Positions 18,007 through 29,043 of a stretch of 64,000 nucleotides of DNA are shown in pieces. Under the pieces are notes generated by a model. That model was not told the DNA's origin and did not search any database. It saw nothing but the letters and a program-made list of their open reading frames with translations. The position numbers were made by a program, and so were the translations under genes. Each line of letters begins with the position of its first letter. Position 1 is the first letter of the stretch. The stretch lies in sequence record PQ464595.1, one strand, 5' to 3'.

Positions 18007-20544
18007 TTACCACTCTACGCCTACACCAGCACCCCACAGTACTTCAGACTGAGTGTTAGTACTGACAGATACCTTAGTGGTGACACTTTCGCTTACACGA
18101 GCACTGAAGCCCACAGCTACTGCTTGTTCACCATCATAACCACCAATACCCGCACCTACAGATACGTTGCCGTTCTGAGTTACCTGTGGGATGTTTGCCA
18201 TCGCACCAGCACCAGCGATACCAGCACTTGCTACCTTACGATTATCACCAATACGTTTATCAATGTCTGAGAAACGGCGGTTCGTTTGGTTTTCGAAGTT
18301 AGATACACGCTTTTCAACAGAACCAATACGGTTAGTATTGCTGGTGATACGTTCATCGTGTTGTACTAACGTAGCATCGTTAGAATCGATCCGGCTGGAC
18401 AACTTAGCATCAGCAGATTTGCGTGACGCAGTTTCACTTGCCAGTTCTTTCTTACTCGCCTTAGTTGCGATAACCTTATCCTGATTGGAATCAGTTACAG
18501 CCTGGTCAGATTTGTTTTTGTCGATATTAGCTTTCAGGGCATTATCCGCATTGGCACGAGTACTAGACTCAGTATCAATGTTCGCCTGAAGGTTTTTATC
18601 GGCGTTCTGACGTGCCACGGTTTCACTTGCCAGTTCTTTCTTACTTGCCTTAGTTGCGATAACCTTATCCTGATCGGAATCGGTTACTGCTTGGTCGGCT
18701 TTGTTCTTGGCGATGTTTGCTTTCAGGGCAGTGTCACCAGCGATACGGTTATCAGTTTCAGCACTGAGAGCCTTATCTTGTGTAGCATCAGTTACAGCTT
18801 GATCCGCTTTGTTCTGATCAATATTGTTCTTCAACGCAGTATCGGCGGTAGCACGAGTTTGGGCTTCAGAATCAATATTGGATTGAAGTACTTTGTCAGC
18901 ATCTTTACGGGCTGCTACTTCTTTATTCAGATCAGCTTTGTCAGCTTTAGTTACAGCAAGACCAACAATCGCAGCATCCTGAACGGCATCGTGAACAGCT
19001 TGCTTAGCTTTATCAACAGCGTAGGTAGATTTATCTACTTTACTGTCAATTGCGGCATTTTGCTTCGCGTCGGTTTTTGCTTGGTCAGATTTGTTTTTGT
19101 CGATATTAGCCTGTAACTGTTTATCAGCATCAGAACGAGTCTTTGCTTCATCACTCAATGCTTTGTCTTGCTTAGCATCAGTTTTGGCTTGAGCCGCTTT
19201 GTTCTGATCGATATTGTTCTTCAACGCAGTATCAGCTTTTTGACGATCAGTTACTTCTTTACCAATCGCAGCGTTTTGTGCGTTATCAGTACTGGCCTGG
19301 TCTGATACTGCTTTATTGATCTTGTCATCCAGTGCTTTATCACCTTTGACACGATCCGCAGTTTCTTTGTTCAGATCGGACTTATCAGCTTTTGATACTT
19401 CAAGGCCAATAATCGCACCATCTTGTAATGCGTCATGGATACCTTGAACTGCCTTATCAACAGCATAGGTAGACTTGTCTACTTTACCATTGATCGCCTT
19501 ATCTTGTTTGGAATCAGTTACAGCTTGTCCCGCTTTGTTCTGATCAATATTGTTCTTCAACGCAGTATCGGCATTCTGACGATCAGTTACTTCTTTATCC
19601 AATGCTGATTGGTCAGCTTTACCAGCGATAGCGGTATCTTGCTCAGCGTTTTTGGCTTCTACACCATCTAAACGTTCAGCATTGTTAATACTGCGAGAAT
19701 CAGTTACTTCCAACTGTTTGTTGGTTTCACGAATAGCACCTTCAGTTGAATCGGCACGATGTTCCAGATCAGTAGCACGGTTATTGGCAGTTTGGGCTGC
19801 GTCTTGTACCGCATTGATATGTTCATCTTGACCTGAATCACGAGTGGCCTGGGTATCTTTGTCAACTTTGGTATTCAGGCTGGCATCAGTTTCAGCTTTA
19901 TTAGCATCAACTTTATTGTCAACATCAGTGATCTTCTTGCCATTATCAAGTACTTGTGGGATTAACCCATAAACAGTACTTAACGCATTGTTGGCAGTCG
20001 CACGACCTTCAACCGCAATATCAAACGCATGATCAGTTTTCACTGAAACATCATTTAACGCAGTTTTATCAGCTTTAGAGTCAATAGCTGTATCCTGGGC
20101 AGAGTCACGTGCGGCCTGAGTATCTTTGTTGACCAGGTTAGAGGTATCGGCATCTTTACCATCTGCCCCATCTTTACCCGGATCACCTTTATCGCCTTTG
20201 TCACCTTTATCACCCTTATCACCTTTGGTTGGTGAAGTATTGCCACCACCAGTACTGATAGAGTTATTAAAGTCGTCCAAGGACGAAGGAACATTACCAG
20301 TTTTTAACGAATCTAGCAAAGCTTTTGCTTCTTCTGCTGTACCATTGAAACGGTTGTTGAACGTGGAAATGAAACGTGCGTCGTTCCAATTTCCGTTTTC
20401 TTTGGCGTTCATCAAGTCCTGAACAGCCGGACCCCATTGATCGCCAGATGATTTCAACGATACGGCGGCGTTAGCCATATTAACCGTCATCACAGAAACC
20501 ATTAAGGCTACTGCCAGCATAATCTTTTTCATTTTGTCACCCAA
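18007..20544 (-). CDS. YadA-like trimeric autotransporter adhesin (signal peptide, collagen-like GXY repeats, repetitive coiled-coil stalk, C-terminal anchor)
   Basis: GDKGDKGDKGDKGDPGKDGADGKD; tandem stalk repeats; C-terminal GIAGAGAMA..PQ..GAGIGGY.GEQAVAVG...GAGVGVEW beta-barrel anchor. Confidence 0.9.
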   Translation of the reverse strand: MGDKMKKIMLAVALMVSVMTVNMANAAVSLKSSGDQWGPAVQDLMNAKENGNWNDARFISTFNNRFNGTAEEAKALLDSLKTGNVPSSLDDFNNSISTGGGNTSPTKGDKGDKGDKGDKGDPGKDGADGKDADTSNLVNKDTQAARDSAQDTAIDSKADKTALNDVSVKTDHAFDIAVEGRATANNALSTVYGLIPQVLDNGKKITDVDNKVDANKAETDASLNTKVDKDTQATRDSGQDEHINAVQDAAQTANNRATDLEHRADSTEGAIRETNKQLEVTDSRSINNAERLDGVEAKNAEQDTAIAGKADQSALDKEVTDRQNADTALKNNIDQNKAGQAVTDSKQDKAINGKVDKSTYAVDKAVQGIHDALQDGAIIGLEVSKADKSDLNKETADRVKGDKALDDKINKAVSDQASTDNAQNAAIGKEVTDRQKADTALKNNIDQNKAAQAKTDAKQDKALSDEAKTRSDADKQLQANIDKNKSDQAKTDAKQNAAIDSKVDKSTYAVDKAKQAVHDAVQDAAIVGLAVTKADKADLNKEVAARKDADKVLQSNIDSEAQTRATADTALKNNIDQNKADQAVTDATQDKALSAETDNRIAGDTALKANIAKNKADQAVTDSDQDKVIATKASKKELASETVARQNADKNLQANIDTESSTRANADNALKANIDKNKSDQAVTDSNQDKVIATKASKKELASETASRKSADAKLSSRIDSNDATLVQHDERITSNTNRIGSVEKRVSNFENQTNRRFSDIDKRIGDNRKVASAGIAGAGAMANIPQVTQNGNVSVGAGIGGYDGEQAVAVGFSARVSESVTTKVSVSTNTQSEVLWGAGVGVEW

Positions 20545-20597
20545 AAGGTAATTGAAGTTTGAACTACATTTAGGCCGACTCGCTGGCCTTGAACAAC

Positions 20598-20626
20598 ATA
20601 ATACAGTACTGAAACTATTCCGTCAA
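20598..20626 (-). promoter_or_regulatory. sigma70-like promoter of the adhesin gene
   Basis: TTGACG-N17-TATTAT. Confidence 0.65.
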
Positions 20627-20644
20627 GGACTTTTTAGAATTATT

Positions 20645-20731
20645 TGGTGGGGATAGTCGGACTCGAACCGACACGCCATTTCTGGCAAGGGATTTTGAAT
20701 CCCCCGCATCTACCAATTACACCATATCCCC
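20645..20731 (-). tRNA. tRNA-Leu(CAA)
   Basis: Class II cloverleaf, loop TTCAAAA, CCA. Confidence 0.95.
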
Positions 20732-20736
20732 AAATT

Positions 20737-20762
20737 AAAAAGCCCTTAAATAAGGGCTTTTT
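20737..20762. terminator. bidirectional terminator-like hairpin
   Basis: AAAAAGCCCTT/AAGGGCTTTTT. Confidence 0.65.
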
Positions 20763-21316
20763 ATTAAAACATTTTTAATTACACTGCCTGGATCTTAATG
20801 ATGTGAAGGCGATTTGCCTCAATCGGAATACCAGTGTGTTCAGTAACATACTCAGCCAGTTTAGGCAGAATGGCTTCTTCAGTCAGCGGGCCATTTGAGT
20901 AATGGTACAGATTAGCAGTGAACTTCTCTGCTGGTTCAGATACGAAGTTGTATTCAACGTAAACTGAATGAGTTCCAGAAGGGGCAGTACCTTCCGCTTC
21001 GGCAATGATCTCCTGAACCGTTTTGTACTTACGATTCGGAGCGATCCACACAATCACAGTGAGAGCACCAGCAAAGATTGCCAATGGAATCTGACCGAAC
21101 GCGAACAGAAGAATAGTTACAGCGACTAACAGTACTTCGAAGAAATGTTTCATGTTTTTGTCCTATTAATTAGGTATTCAATAAAGCATCCAGTGATGAA
21201 CACTCCGATGCCGACAAATGCGATTATAGCACTCTTGATGACTACTGTCAATAACGCAATGAGAATTACAATCGCGATTAGTATTTCGTAGAAGTATTTC
21301 ATACCTCAACCCCCAT

Positions 21317-21345
21317 ATGATAGCGGAGTTTTGGCATTATGTCAA
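21317..21345 (-). promoter_or_regulatory. sigma70-like promoter
   Basis: TTGACA-N17-TATCAT. Confidence 0.7.
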
Positions 21346-21365
21346 GCGTTCCCGCTGTTTTTTAC

Positions 21366-21995
21366 TTAGTAACCTGAGACATTGAACAGTGTACCGTTCT
21401 CGTCGAAGTACGTGACTTCATCAATACTACCAGACGCGGCAACTTGATGATCGCAGGTGTGATCACCCTGCCCTTCAAAACGAATTTCAGTACCTTCAAT
21501 GGTGAAGCGACATTGATAACCATTAACAACAATAGGAATCGCTGCTTCAGGAGCAATATTATCTTCACCGCTCGGTATTTCGTATTTAGTACCGTCACAT
21601 TCCAGGATCGTAACGTCTTCGTTCGCTTCAACAACTGTGCCGAACTTCATCTGACGCTCGATATAGTACTTGTGATGTACTTCATTAACGAAGTGTAACT
21701 TAGCACCCACAATTGGAATACCAGTATCTTCATTGATGTTAGTACTGTTCCAGTCTTCATCGTTCATGATGAATGGTGCTGGATGATAACTATCATCATC
21801 CATCCAATCCAGACCAGTACTGATACCTTCCATAATACGGTCAATCAGTTCTTCTTTGTTCTGAGATTCTGGAAGTGTAAAGCTGTATGTTTCGTTTGTG
21901 TATCCATCAGCATCACCATGCATGAATTCCAGTTTAACACGTAAGGTGTTTTTAGGATTAGATGACGGTACTGCTGGTGTGAGTTTAACTGCCAT
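21366..21995 (-). CDS. hypothetical protein (FMHGDAD family; paralog of 32360-32767)
   Basis: Shared KxxFMHGDADxY motif and VTYFD.NG C-terminus. Confidence 0.75.
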   Translation of the reverse strand: MAVKLTPAVPSSNPKNTLRVKLEFMHGDADGYTNETYSFTLPESQNKEELIDRIMEGISTGLDWMDDDSYHPAPFIMNDEDWNSTNINEDTGIPIVGAKLHFVNEVHHKYYIERQMKFGTVVEANEDVTILECDGTKYEIPSGEDNIAPEAAIPIVVNGYQCRFTIEGTEIRFEGQGDHTCDHQVAASGSIDEVTYFDENGTLFNVSGY

Positions 21996-22285
21996 TCGGG
22001 AGTACCTTCTTAACAGAGTTAATTATGGTTTCAACAGTGTCGCCAATTACTTTGTCCAGTTTAGACATTTCACCAGCTTCATAATGATACTTTGGTTTAC
22101 CATCTTTGCCAAGTACTGTGTAACGATCATACGCAGTCGGGTTAATCGACTTAGACGATTGTTCACGAGCAACAGCAGGGTCAACCATAGTTACACCAGT
22201 ATAGGTGTAATCTTTCAGTTCTTGTACTTTCTGTTTAAAGTACTTTTTCAGTTCTTCGACAATATACATAATATATCCTCAAGTA

Positions 22286-22404
22286 TGCGGTGAGTACAGG
22301 AATCGAACCTGTGACTTCGGCGTGAAAGGCAATTGTTTGATTGCTGTTAGATTCAGTACTGGAATCCATTTTTTTACGCTATTTTACCACTAAACTAACT
22401 CACC
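22286..22404 (-). tRNA. tRNA-Glu(TTC) interrupted by a 46-nt CAGCAA insert (22331-22376) at 29/30
   Basis: Deleting the insert gives GCGGC-CTTTCAC-GCCGA; acceptor GGTGAGT/ACTCACC, G73. Confidence 0.75.
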
Positions 22405-22410
22405 AGATTT

Positions 22411-22767
22411 TTAAGTGCGATTAGGACGTGAGTTTTTGATCAACTCAACACCCGCAGCAGTACAACGTTCAATTTGACCGTCATACAATTTCTCTACAAC
22501 GTCTTTATCAGAACTATGTAGATATATTTGTTTCAGTTTCGGGAAAGCATTACGCTTCAGACGGTGAGTTACCATCATCAGCAAATCAGCCCCCGTATGG
22601 GTACGATCACCCAGGAAGTTATCAAAGTGAAGTACTTCAATTTCTTCACTATTAGCGAAGATGAAGTTCTTTGCTTCCCACCACTCTTTCAGCCAAACAA
22701 TACCTTCTGATTGTTCAGCCGTTAAATGATTTTCAGGATTGCGAATATCGTCTACGTAAATTTTCAT
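22411..22767 (-). CDS. cyclic-phosphate-processing receiver (cREC)-like domain protein
   Basis: IYVDDIRNP...LHFDNFLG..TGADL...IYLHS pattern. Confidence 0.7.
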   Translation of the reverse strand: MKIYVDDIRNPENHLTAEQSEGIVWLKEWWEAKNFIFANSEEIEVLHFDNFLGDRTHTGADLLMMVTHRLKRNAFPKLKQIYLHSSDKDVVEKLYDGQIERCTAAGVELIKNSRPNRT

Positions 22768-23159
22768 TAGTAGTTATTCTCCTGACTATTGTTAATCAGT
22801 TCAACCCCAGCTTTAGCCAGTTCTTCCTTATAGTCTTCGATCATTTCTTCGACCATATCAGAATCAGAGGAATGAAGATAAATCTGTTTCAGATTTTTCC
22901 ATTCTTCTTTATCTCCCCACATACAATCACCAGCAACCATAAAGAACAAGTCTTTACCAGTTAGCGTTGGTTCATCCATGTAGTGATCGAAGTGAATCAC
23001 TTCCAGGGTGGCAGCATTTTCGATCAGGAAACGTTTTGCTTCCCACCATTCTTTGATCCAAACAATACCTTCGGCTTGTTCCGCATTCAGATAACGTGCT
23101 GGATCACGAATGTCGTCAATGTAAACTTTCGTGTTAGACATATTAACGCCCACCCTCAA
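22767..23159 (-). CDS. cyclic-phosphate-processing receiver (cREC)-like domain protein, tandem paralog
   Basis: VYIDDIRDP...IHFDHYM..TGKDL...IYLHS. Confidence 0.7.
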   Translation of the reverse strand: MRVGVNMSNTKVYIDDIRDPARYLNAEQAEGIVWIKEWWEAKRFLIENAATLEVIHFDHYMDEPTLTGKDLFFMVAGDCMWGDKEEWKNLKQIYLHSSDSDMVEEMIEDYKEELAKAGVELINNSQENNY

Positions 23160-23441
23160 CAGTTAAATGATGACCACCAGCAGTGGCAATGAAACGGTCA
23201 ACACCACAACCACGCGGATCAATTTCGGAAACTTTGAAATCAGCTTCACCGAGATCTACGTAAGTAGTAGTACCGAAAGTTCGGTCAACCCGTAATTCGT
23301 ATACGTGGTCTTCCTGAAGTTCCTGAACACCATTCGCTGGATGTGACTCTGGAACGATGTGACCGATAATGATACCGCCAGGCATAACCTGGATACGTGC
23401 TGTCATAGCCATTTCTGTACCCTCATTGATTAAGAGGTAGT

Positions 23442-23470
23442 ACTATATCATGCCACGTTAGGGCTGTCAA
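23442..23470 (-). promoter_or_regulatory. sigma70-like promoter upstream of the cREC/tRNA-Glu unit
   Basis: TTGACA-N17-TATAGT. Confidence 0.7.
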
Positions 23471-23627
23471 GGACGTTTTAACGGTTTAGGACGAATGCTA
23501 TCATTGTACAACCCACGGATGTACAAATATGTACTAAAACGACATACTCCGAGTTTGTACATTTCTTCAGTATCTTTCATGATACCATATAGTCTAGAAT
23601 TCAAACGTTTCATTCGGTTTCCTTAAT

Positions 23628-23707
23628 TAGTGCGAGGGGATGGACTTGAACCACCGACACGGAGTTACCCTAAGATAATCTTGCTCTACCATCTGAGCTA
23701 CCCTCGC
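23628..23707 (-). tRNA. tRNA-like gene with aberrant anticodon arm (anticodon not assignable)
   Basis: Perfect acceptor GCGAGGG/CCCTCGC, D and T arms; anticodon/variable region about 5 nt too long with irregular pairing (AGATTATCTTAGGGTAACTCCG). Confidence 0.6.
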
Positions 23708-24244
23708 GAAAAGTTATGAGTAATTCACATAACCTTCATATTTGATATTGATCGCTGGACGTAACCCGCCTTCAGGAATCATGAAGTAATCATAAAGCTC
23801 AGGTACAGATAACTGTAACTTATGCATCATACCTAAATCATTCCTGATAGTACTGGCATCATGAAGTTCAATACCTACATGAAAGTACGGGTCTAATTCA
23901 GACTTCAGTTGTTCAACCGCCGCTTCATCTGTAATACGACTTTGGTTACAGAAGCGAACTATTGTACGCCATCCTTCACCAGTTGCGGCGTATTCAAAGA
24001 ATAATACGCTTTGCATGTTATACCTCGACTTCTTCCAGACACTCCATTTCTTCTTCGCTGAAGAAACAGCTATCTGAAACAGGTTTGCCATTTTTGGCGA
24101 TGTAATAGAATTCATCATCTTTGATCAATTCTACACCAGTAGTATTCAGTTCTGGAAAGTACTTCAGAAGATCATCAGCACCGAATACTGTACTTTTAAA
24201 TAAGTCTAAGTTTTTAATCTTACACTTCATGGTATATCCTAATT

Positions 24245-24359
24245 TGTGGAGAGGGGTGGATTCGAACCACCGTACCGTTCTTATGAATGAAATTTATGGA
24301 TGCCGTAAGATTCCATCTGGAATCGCTTTTCGTGTCCTGGGCCGCTAGACGACCTCTCC
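24245..24359 (-). tRNA. tRNA-CAT-like gene interrupted by a 39-nt CAGCAA-family insert (24292-24330; core CGGCAT)
   Basis: Deleting the insert gives CGTTC-ATTCATAA-GAACG (8-nt loop); the insert has a GATTCC AGAT GGAATC stem. Confidence 0.6.
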
Positions 24360-24994
24360 AGTTTTAATTAGTCACTAATAGTGACTGTCATTGGTTTAAA
24401 TTCTGTATAACCATGTGATTTTAAAATCTTCACCATTTCATTATACAGTTTTTCTTCTTCATTGCTTGGATATGCTGGACGGTTAATACCTTCCAGTTCC
24501 ATACGTACAGAAGTGGGATCAGTTGAATTCTCATTACCCGCAAATAGGGTATCATAAGTCGTCCAATCCCCGTAACGCTCAATACAAATGAGTTTCACAC
24601 ATAGTCCTTAGTCATGTCATAGACCGCAGAGTTAATATCGGCGAACTTCACTTTCCACGGTGCGTAGTACTGCTGAAGAATTTGATCCTTCTTGAACAGT
24701 GATTCTAACGCAGTAATAGCGAATTTCGCATCTTCAAGAAACTTATCTTTAACTTTCTTGATGTACTCAGGTTTCATACCATCGAAGCCCATCTTATAGG
24801 CAACTTCTAATTCACGGTATGAAGCACCGAGATCACCCAATGGGTTTTTAACGTTCTCAGGGAAACAGAAGCGATAGACTTCTTCGCATGTTTCCTTGAG
24901 GCGTTCTTCCGCTTTCGCTTCTTTGCCGTACTTCTCGAAGAAGATTTCAGCAGGTGGATAAGTCTTTACATTCTTCATCCACGTTACGATTAAC

Positions 24995-25822
24995 TCATTC
25001 ATAGCATTTCTCCGCAAATCCAGGTACAGAAGCGATGTTTTCAACTTCTTGAGTCATGTCAAGAATTTCAGCACCACGAATCGGTGAAGTTACCGGAATA
25101 TTAGCCAAAGAATGAAGTACTGCCATCATTTCATGCCAAGATTCTTCTTTAGCGATGTAATAGGAATGACTCTGACGATAACGGTTAATATACTCGTTAC
25201 ACAACGCCATGAACTCACCTTTCCAGAACACCAGAATGGTAGCATCACCATACTTACGATCTTGATCTGTATCATCATAAACAATACGAAGTTCAAGTTC
25301 TTCAGGTTTCTTTTCTGGATAGCAGAACAGTTCGTGTAAGTTACACGTCAGTTCATAGTTATCATCAATGCCGTGATATTCTTCAAATGTTTCTTGGAGA
25401 ATATCAAGTTCAGCATCTCCCAGCTTAGGAGCTTTCAGTAAATCATCCCAAGTTGGCATAACCAATTCAATAGGACTGAATGCAGAAGTTTCAATGTAAC
25501 GGGTTTCTGGTAAGAAGTCTACCATTTCGTCATCACTGAATCCAGTACTGAGGAATGTATGCCATCCCTGTTCCTGAATGTGTTGAAACACTTCATGCTG
25601 AAGATCGTCACCCGCCGGATAAACAAATGTATTAGTATCAGAAAAGCTTACTAATACATCAGTTTTAGAATTCGGAAGAACAATCGGATGTACACATAAG
25701 AATTTTTTCTCTGCGATCATACGATTATAGAATTTAGAGTTCTGGCGACTTTTGCTGTAATACTCTTTGAATCCAGTGATGAACTTCTCAAGTACTGTCA
25801 TGATACAATCCTTAATAATCAA
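24995..25822 (-). CDS. hypothetical protein
   Basis: 275-aa ORF on the coding strand. Confidence 0.75.
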   Translation of the reverse strand: MIIKDCIMTVLEKFITGFKEYYSKSRQNSKFYNRMIAEKKFLCVHPIVLPNSKTDVLVSFSDTNTFVYPAGDDLQHEVFQHIQEQGWHTFLSTGFSDDEMVDFLPETRYIETSAFSPIELVMPTWDDLLKAPKLGDAELDILQETFEEYHGIDDNYELTCNLHELFCYPEKKPEELELRIVYDDTDQDRKYGDATILVFWKGEFMALCNEYINRYRQSHSYYIAKEESWHEMMAVLHSLANIPVTSPIRGAEILDMTQEVENIASVPGFAEKCYE

Positions 25823-26060
25823 CAGATTTTGCGAAAAGAATTCCCCAAATTACAAGAACGAGAACCCAAAGGAAACATAACCCACCAGCAGAAATGCTAT
25901 ACCACAAACGCTGGTCTTCAGACATATAGTACCAATGTCCAACTGGCTGATGAACAACAATTAAGATGGTTATGATTATTGCTGCCAAAAATGTAGCTAA
26001 CGCAGTAATTACAGCATGAATGGGTTTCATTTGTTTTTTCCTATTCAATTAAGATACAGT

Positions 26061-26089
26061 ACTGTACCACATAGGCTCAGTACTGTCAA
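26061..26089 (-). promoter_or_regulatory. sigma70-like promoter
   Basis: TTGACA-N17-TACAGT. Confidence 0.6.
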
Positions 26090-27709
26090 GCAGTTTTTAC
26101 TGGTCAAGTAATTCCAAATCATAGAGGTCTTTCGCTAATTCTGCGAAATCAGAATGATCATTAATTACATGAGTGAATACTAACTGTCCTTTCGGCGTTA
26201 CTCGCCAGCATTGCCCTGGGTGAGAAGTGAGATAACGATTTTCTTCTCCATCAGGCCATGACAGATTCATAGTACGTACAGAGTAGTCATCGTAGACAAA
26301 ATCCACAATAGTAATATCAGTACGGTTCTTCCAGTCGAATGAGAATGCTTGTGTTTCTTCCACCAGTAATTCAGTATTACTAGCAAAGCAAAGGCACAAC
26401 ATCTCATTTGTATCTTCTTCGTATGGGAAACGAATTTCCTGATTCTTTGAATAATCGATCCATGTCAGATGCTTAGCATCGAATGTAAAGATTTCGCAGT
26501 TTTCAGTTACGAGAGATACGGTTTTTAGTACTTTTGACATGATTAATCCTCTTGGGTAACAATTAAGGGCATCATGTGATGCCCTTCTTTAATAGAGGTT
26601 AGAAATCGTCGATGATGCGAAGACTATCAATATTTGGATTATCTGTGAAGATCTTTTCAAAGATGGCAGTGATCATTTCATTTTCGAAAGTCGTAGAGCG
26701 ACTAACTGAGCAATAACCCGAACCATCTTCACCGTACAACCCTTCTTCTTGACATGCGTCGCAGACCGTATTCCAGTCGAACCCCAGCAATTCACCAACA
26801 ACATTAATGTCGCTGTTATCAATGCTGTACGATGGTTCAATAATGAATGGTTCAGCCATTATTTCACCTTAACAGCAGTACGAGCCGCATCGTAGTACTT
26901 GTTGACTTTGTTGCGATACGCAATAGCCGCATCAAATTCAGTACTATCAACATCATCTTTCATCGAACGAACACCTTCGGCATCGTACTGATAAAAGTTA
27001 GAATTGATCTGTGCCAGTACTGAGGTACGATGGTTTTTCAAACGCTGAAGATTCATTTTCTTCAGTACTTCGTCTTCTACAATCTTCATGGTTTCACCAT
27101 ATTAATTTTACAATCGGTATTAACGATTTGAACCCATTCGCCATCATCGTTAATCATCGTAAGTTCTTTTTTGTCCTTAGACAAAGTATACTCTTTCGTG
27201 TAAACATAGTCGAAGCGACCGCAGTTCAGACGGAAGTACTTATATCCAGGTTTGATGGTGTAGGTAGTACCTACATCAGTAGGAGCAACTTCAGCAGTAG
27301 CAGTTTTATCTTCTGCCAGTACTGAAGCAGAGAGCACTGTTAACAGTGCTCCGAGGATGAATTTATTCAACTTCTTCATCGTCATCTTCCGCTTCTTCGG
27401 CTTCAGCCTTTTCGTGATTACGCTGTACTGCGAGTTTGAATTCTTCAGTCTCCAGTACTGCGTCATCGCCATATACCAGTTCCCACTGTCCAGCACCATA
27501 CGCTTCATCGTAGTTGCTGTGTTTCCAGTCAGAACCGATACCCATATCGTGCTTGCCCCAGCTTTCGTTGCTACTGAGATGACTGGCAACAACATCACCG
27601 TCTTCAGTAAGAGCCAGCATTTGAACGCCGAAAGCATGTGAAGCATAAGGTAATACAAAGATCTTTTTCATGATTTGTACCTTCAGTTTGTTGTAGCCAT
27701 TATATTAAT

Positions 27710-27800
27710 TGGTACGGGTGACGAGATTCGAACTCGTAGAACCATCAAAGGTTCGAGGGATTTTAAATCCCTTGTGTACTGCCAATACCACCACACCCGC
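27710..27800 (-). tRNA. tRNA-Leu(TAA)
   Basis: Class II cloverleaf, loop TTTAAAA, CCA. Confidence 0.95.
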
Positions 27801-27808
27801 ATTATACA

Positions 27809-28255
27809 TTAACCAGCGTCTAATTCAAGGTACTGGTTAGAATTTTCTTCGTGTAAATTGCTCATTTTATCCCAAAAGGTTAATGAACCAAGTACACCGC
27901 ATCCAGCTTCGAATGAACCATCAAAGCCTTTCGTAATAAGACGCTTATTCATTTCTGTATAAAGCATCTTACCATAGCCTTTTAGACGATGTTCTTCTTT
28001 GATGAACGCCTGAATATTTGTTCCCCAATAACGATGACCGAATTCATCGTTGTGGAACATTGCCCCAATATACTTACCGAAGTTACTCTTTAAAAGAATG
28101 AGTTCAGAAGTTTCTGCTACGTTAATATCATTAATAATATCACGGTAGCAAGTAATGATTGTCCACGATGGTGAGTGGTACAATTCGGAATCCAGTGCTA
28201 TCTGAGCTAATTCCGAAATAGGAAGGTCATCAGGCGTTATGATTTTCATTACCAA
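27809..28255 (-). CDS. GNAT-family acetyltransferase-like protein
   Basis: Motif A: FIKEEHRLKGYGKML. Confidence 0.65.
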   Translation of the reverse strand: MVMKIITPDDLPISELAQIALDSELYHSPSWTIITCYRDIINDINVAETSELILLKSNFGKYIGAMFHNDEFGHRYWGTNIQAFIKEEHRLKGYGKMLYTEMNKRLITKGFDGSFEAGCGVLGSLTFWDKMSNLHEENSNQYLELDAG

Positions 28256-29043
28256 AGTCCTGTGTGGTTCACCGAGAAGATACGAAGGAACGCATCAATC
28301 CAAACAATTGCGAAAGGTATAAACATACCAGTCGCAGACCAAAACTTTTTCACATTCCAGGATATTGCTGCTTTAATCGAATTACTCAGATGGTAAACCG
28401 AAAACAGTAATGCCCAAAGACATATCAATGCCAGAACTGGACTCATTTTTCGAGATCCTTAATGTTTTCAGTACTTGAAGTTTCCACACCGTCTAAGCGA
28501 TGATAGAATTCACCAAATACCTTACCGATAAGAAAAGTACTGATCATAATTATCGTCAGACCAATACTACCGATAGAACCACCAATAATCGCACCGTACA
28601 TCAAACTCGCAATGAAACCGATTATAACAGAGATGACCATTTGAATCAAGAAAGAAAGCTTCATGGTACGATTTCCCAATCATTTACTTCAGTTTCGCGA
28701 CGAGTCAGTTCAACAATCCAAACTTTACCATTCTGACAGTGATATGACATACCAGCTTTATTGATATAGATTTCAATATCTAATTCAACGAATGATGGAC
28801 GACGAATATAAAATCCGTTCTTAAATGAAGTTCTTAGTACTTTCTGAATTTCCGCTATAGTCATAGGTGTCTCACTTGTGGATGCGATATGTTTCATCGA
28901 TCATCTGCTGTGTAACAATACGACCGATACCTTCAGCGACTGCGTTAATCACAATCGCACTTACGATTACAAGAAGTAATCCGAACAAGATAAAACAAGC
29001 ATTGTCTTTTAAGTACTTAATCATATCTCGTTCCTCAATTAAA

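Noticed and set aside
18400-19700. Repeats in the adhesin as a mobile or non-coding repeat element
   Set aside because: They are in-frame coiled-coil stalk repeats, fully explained by the protein
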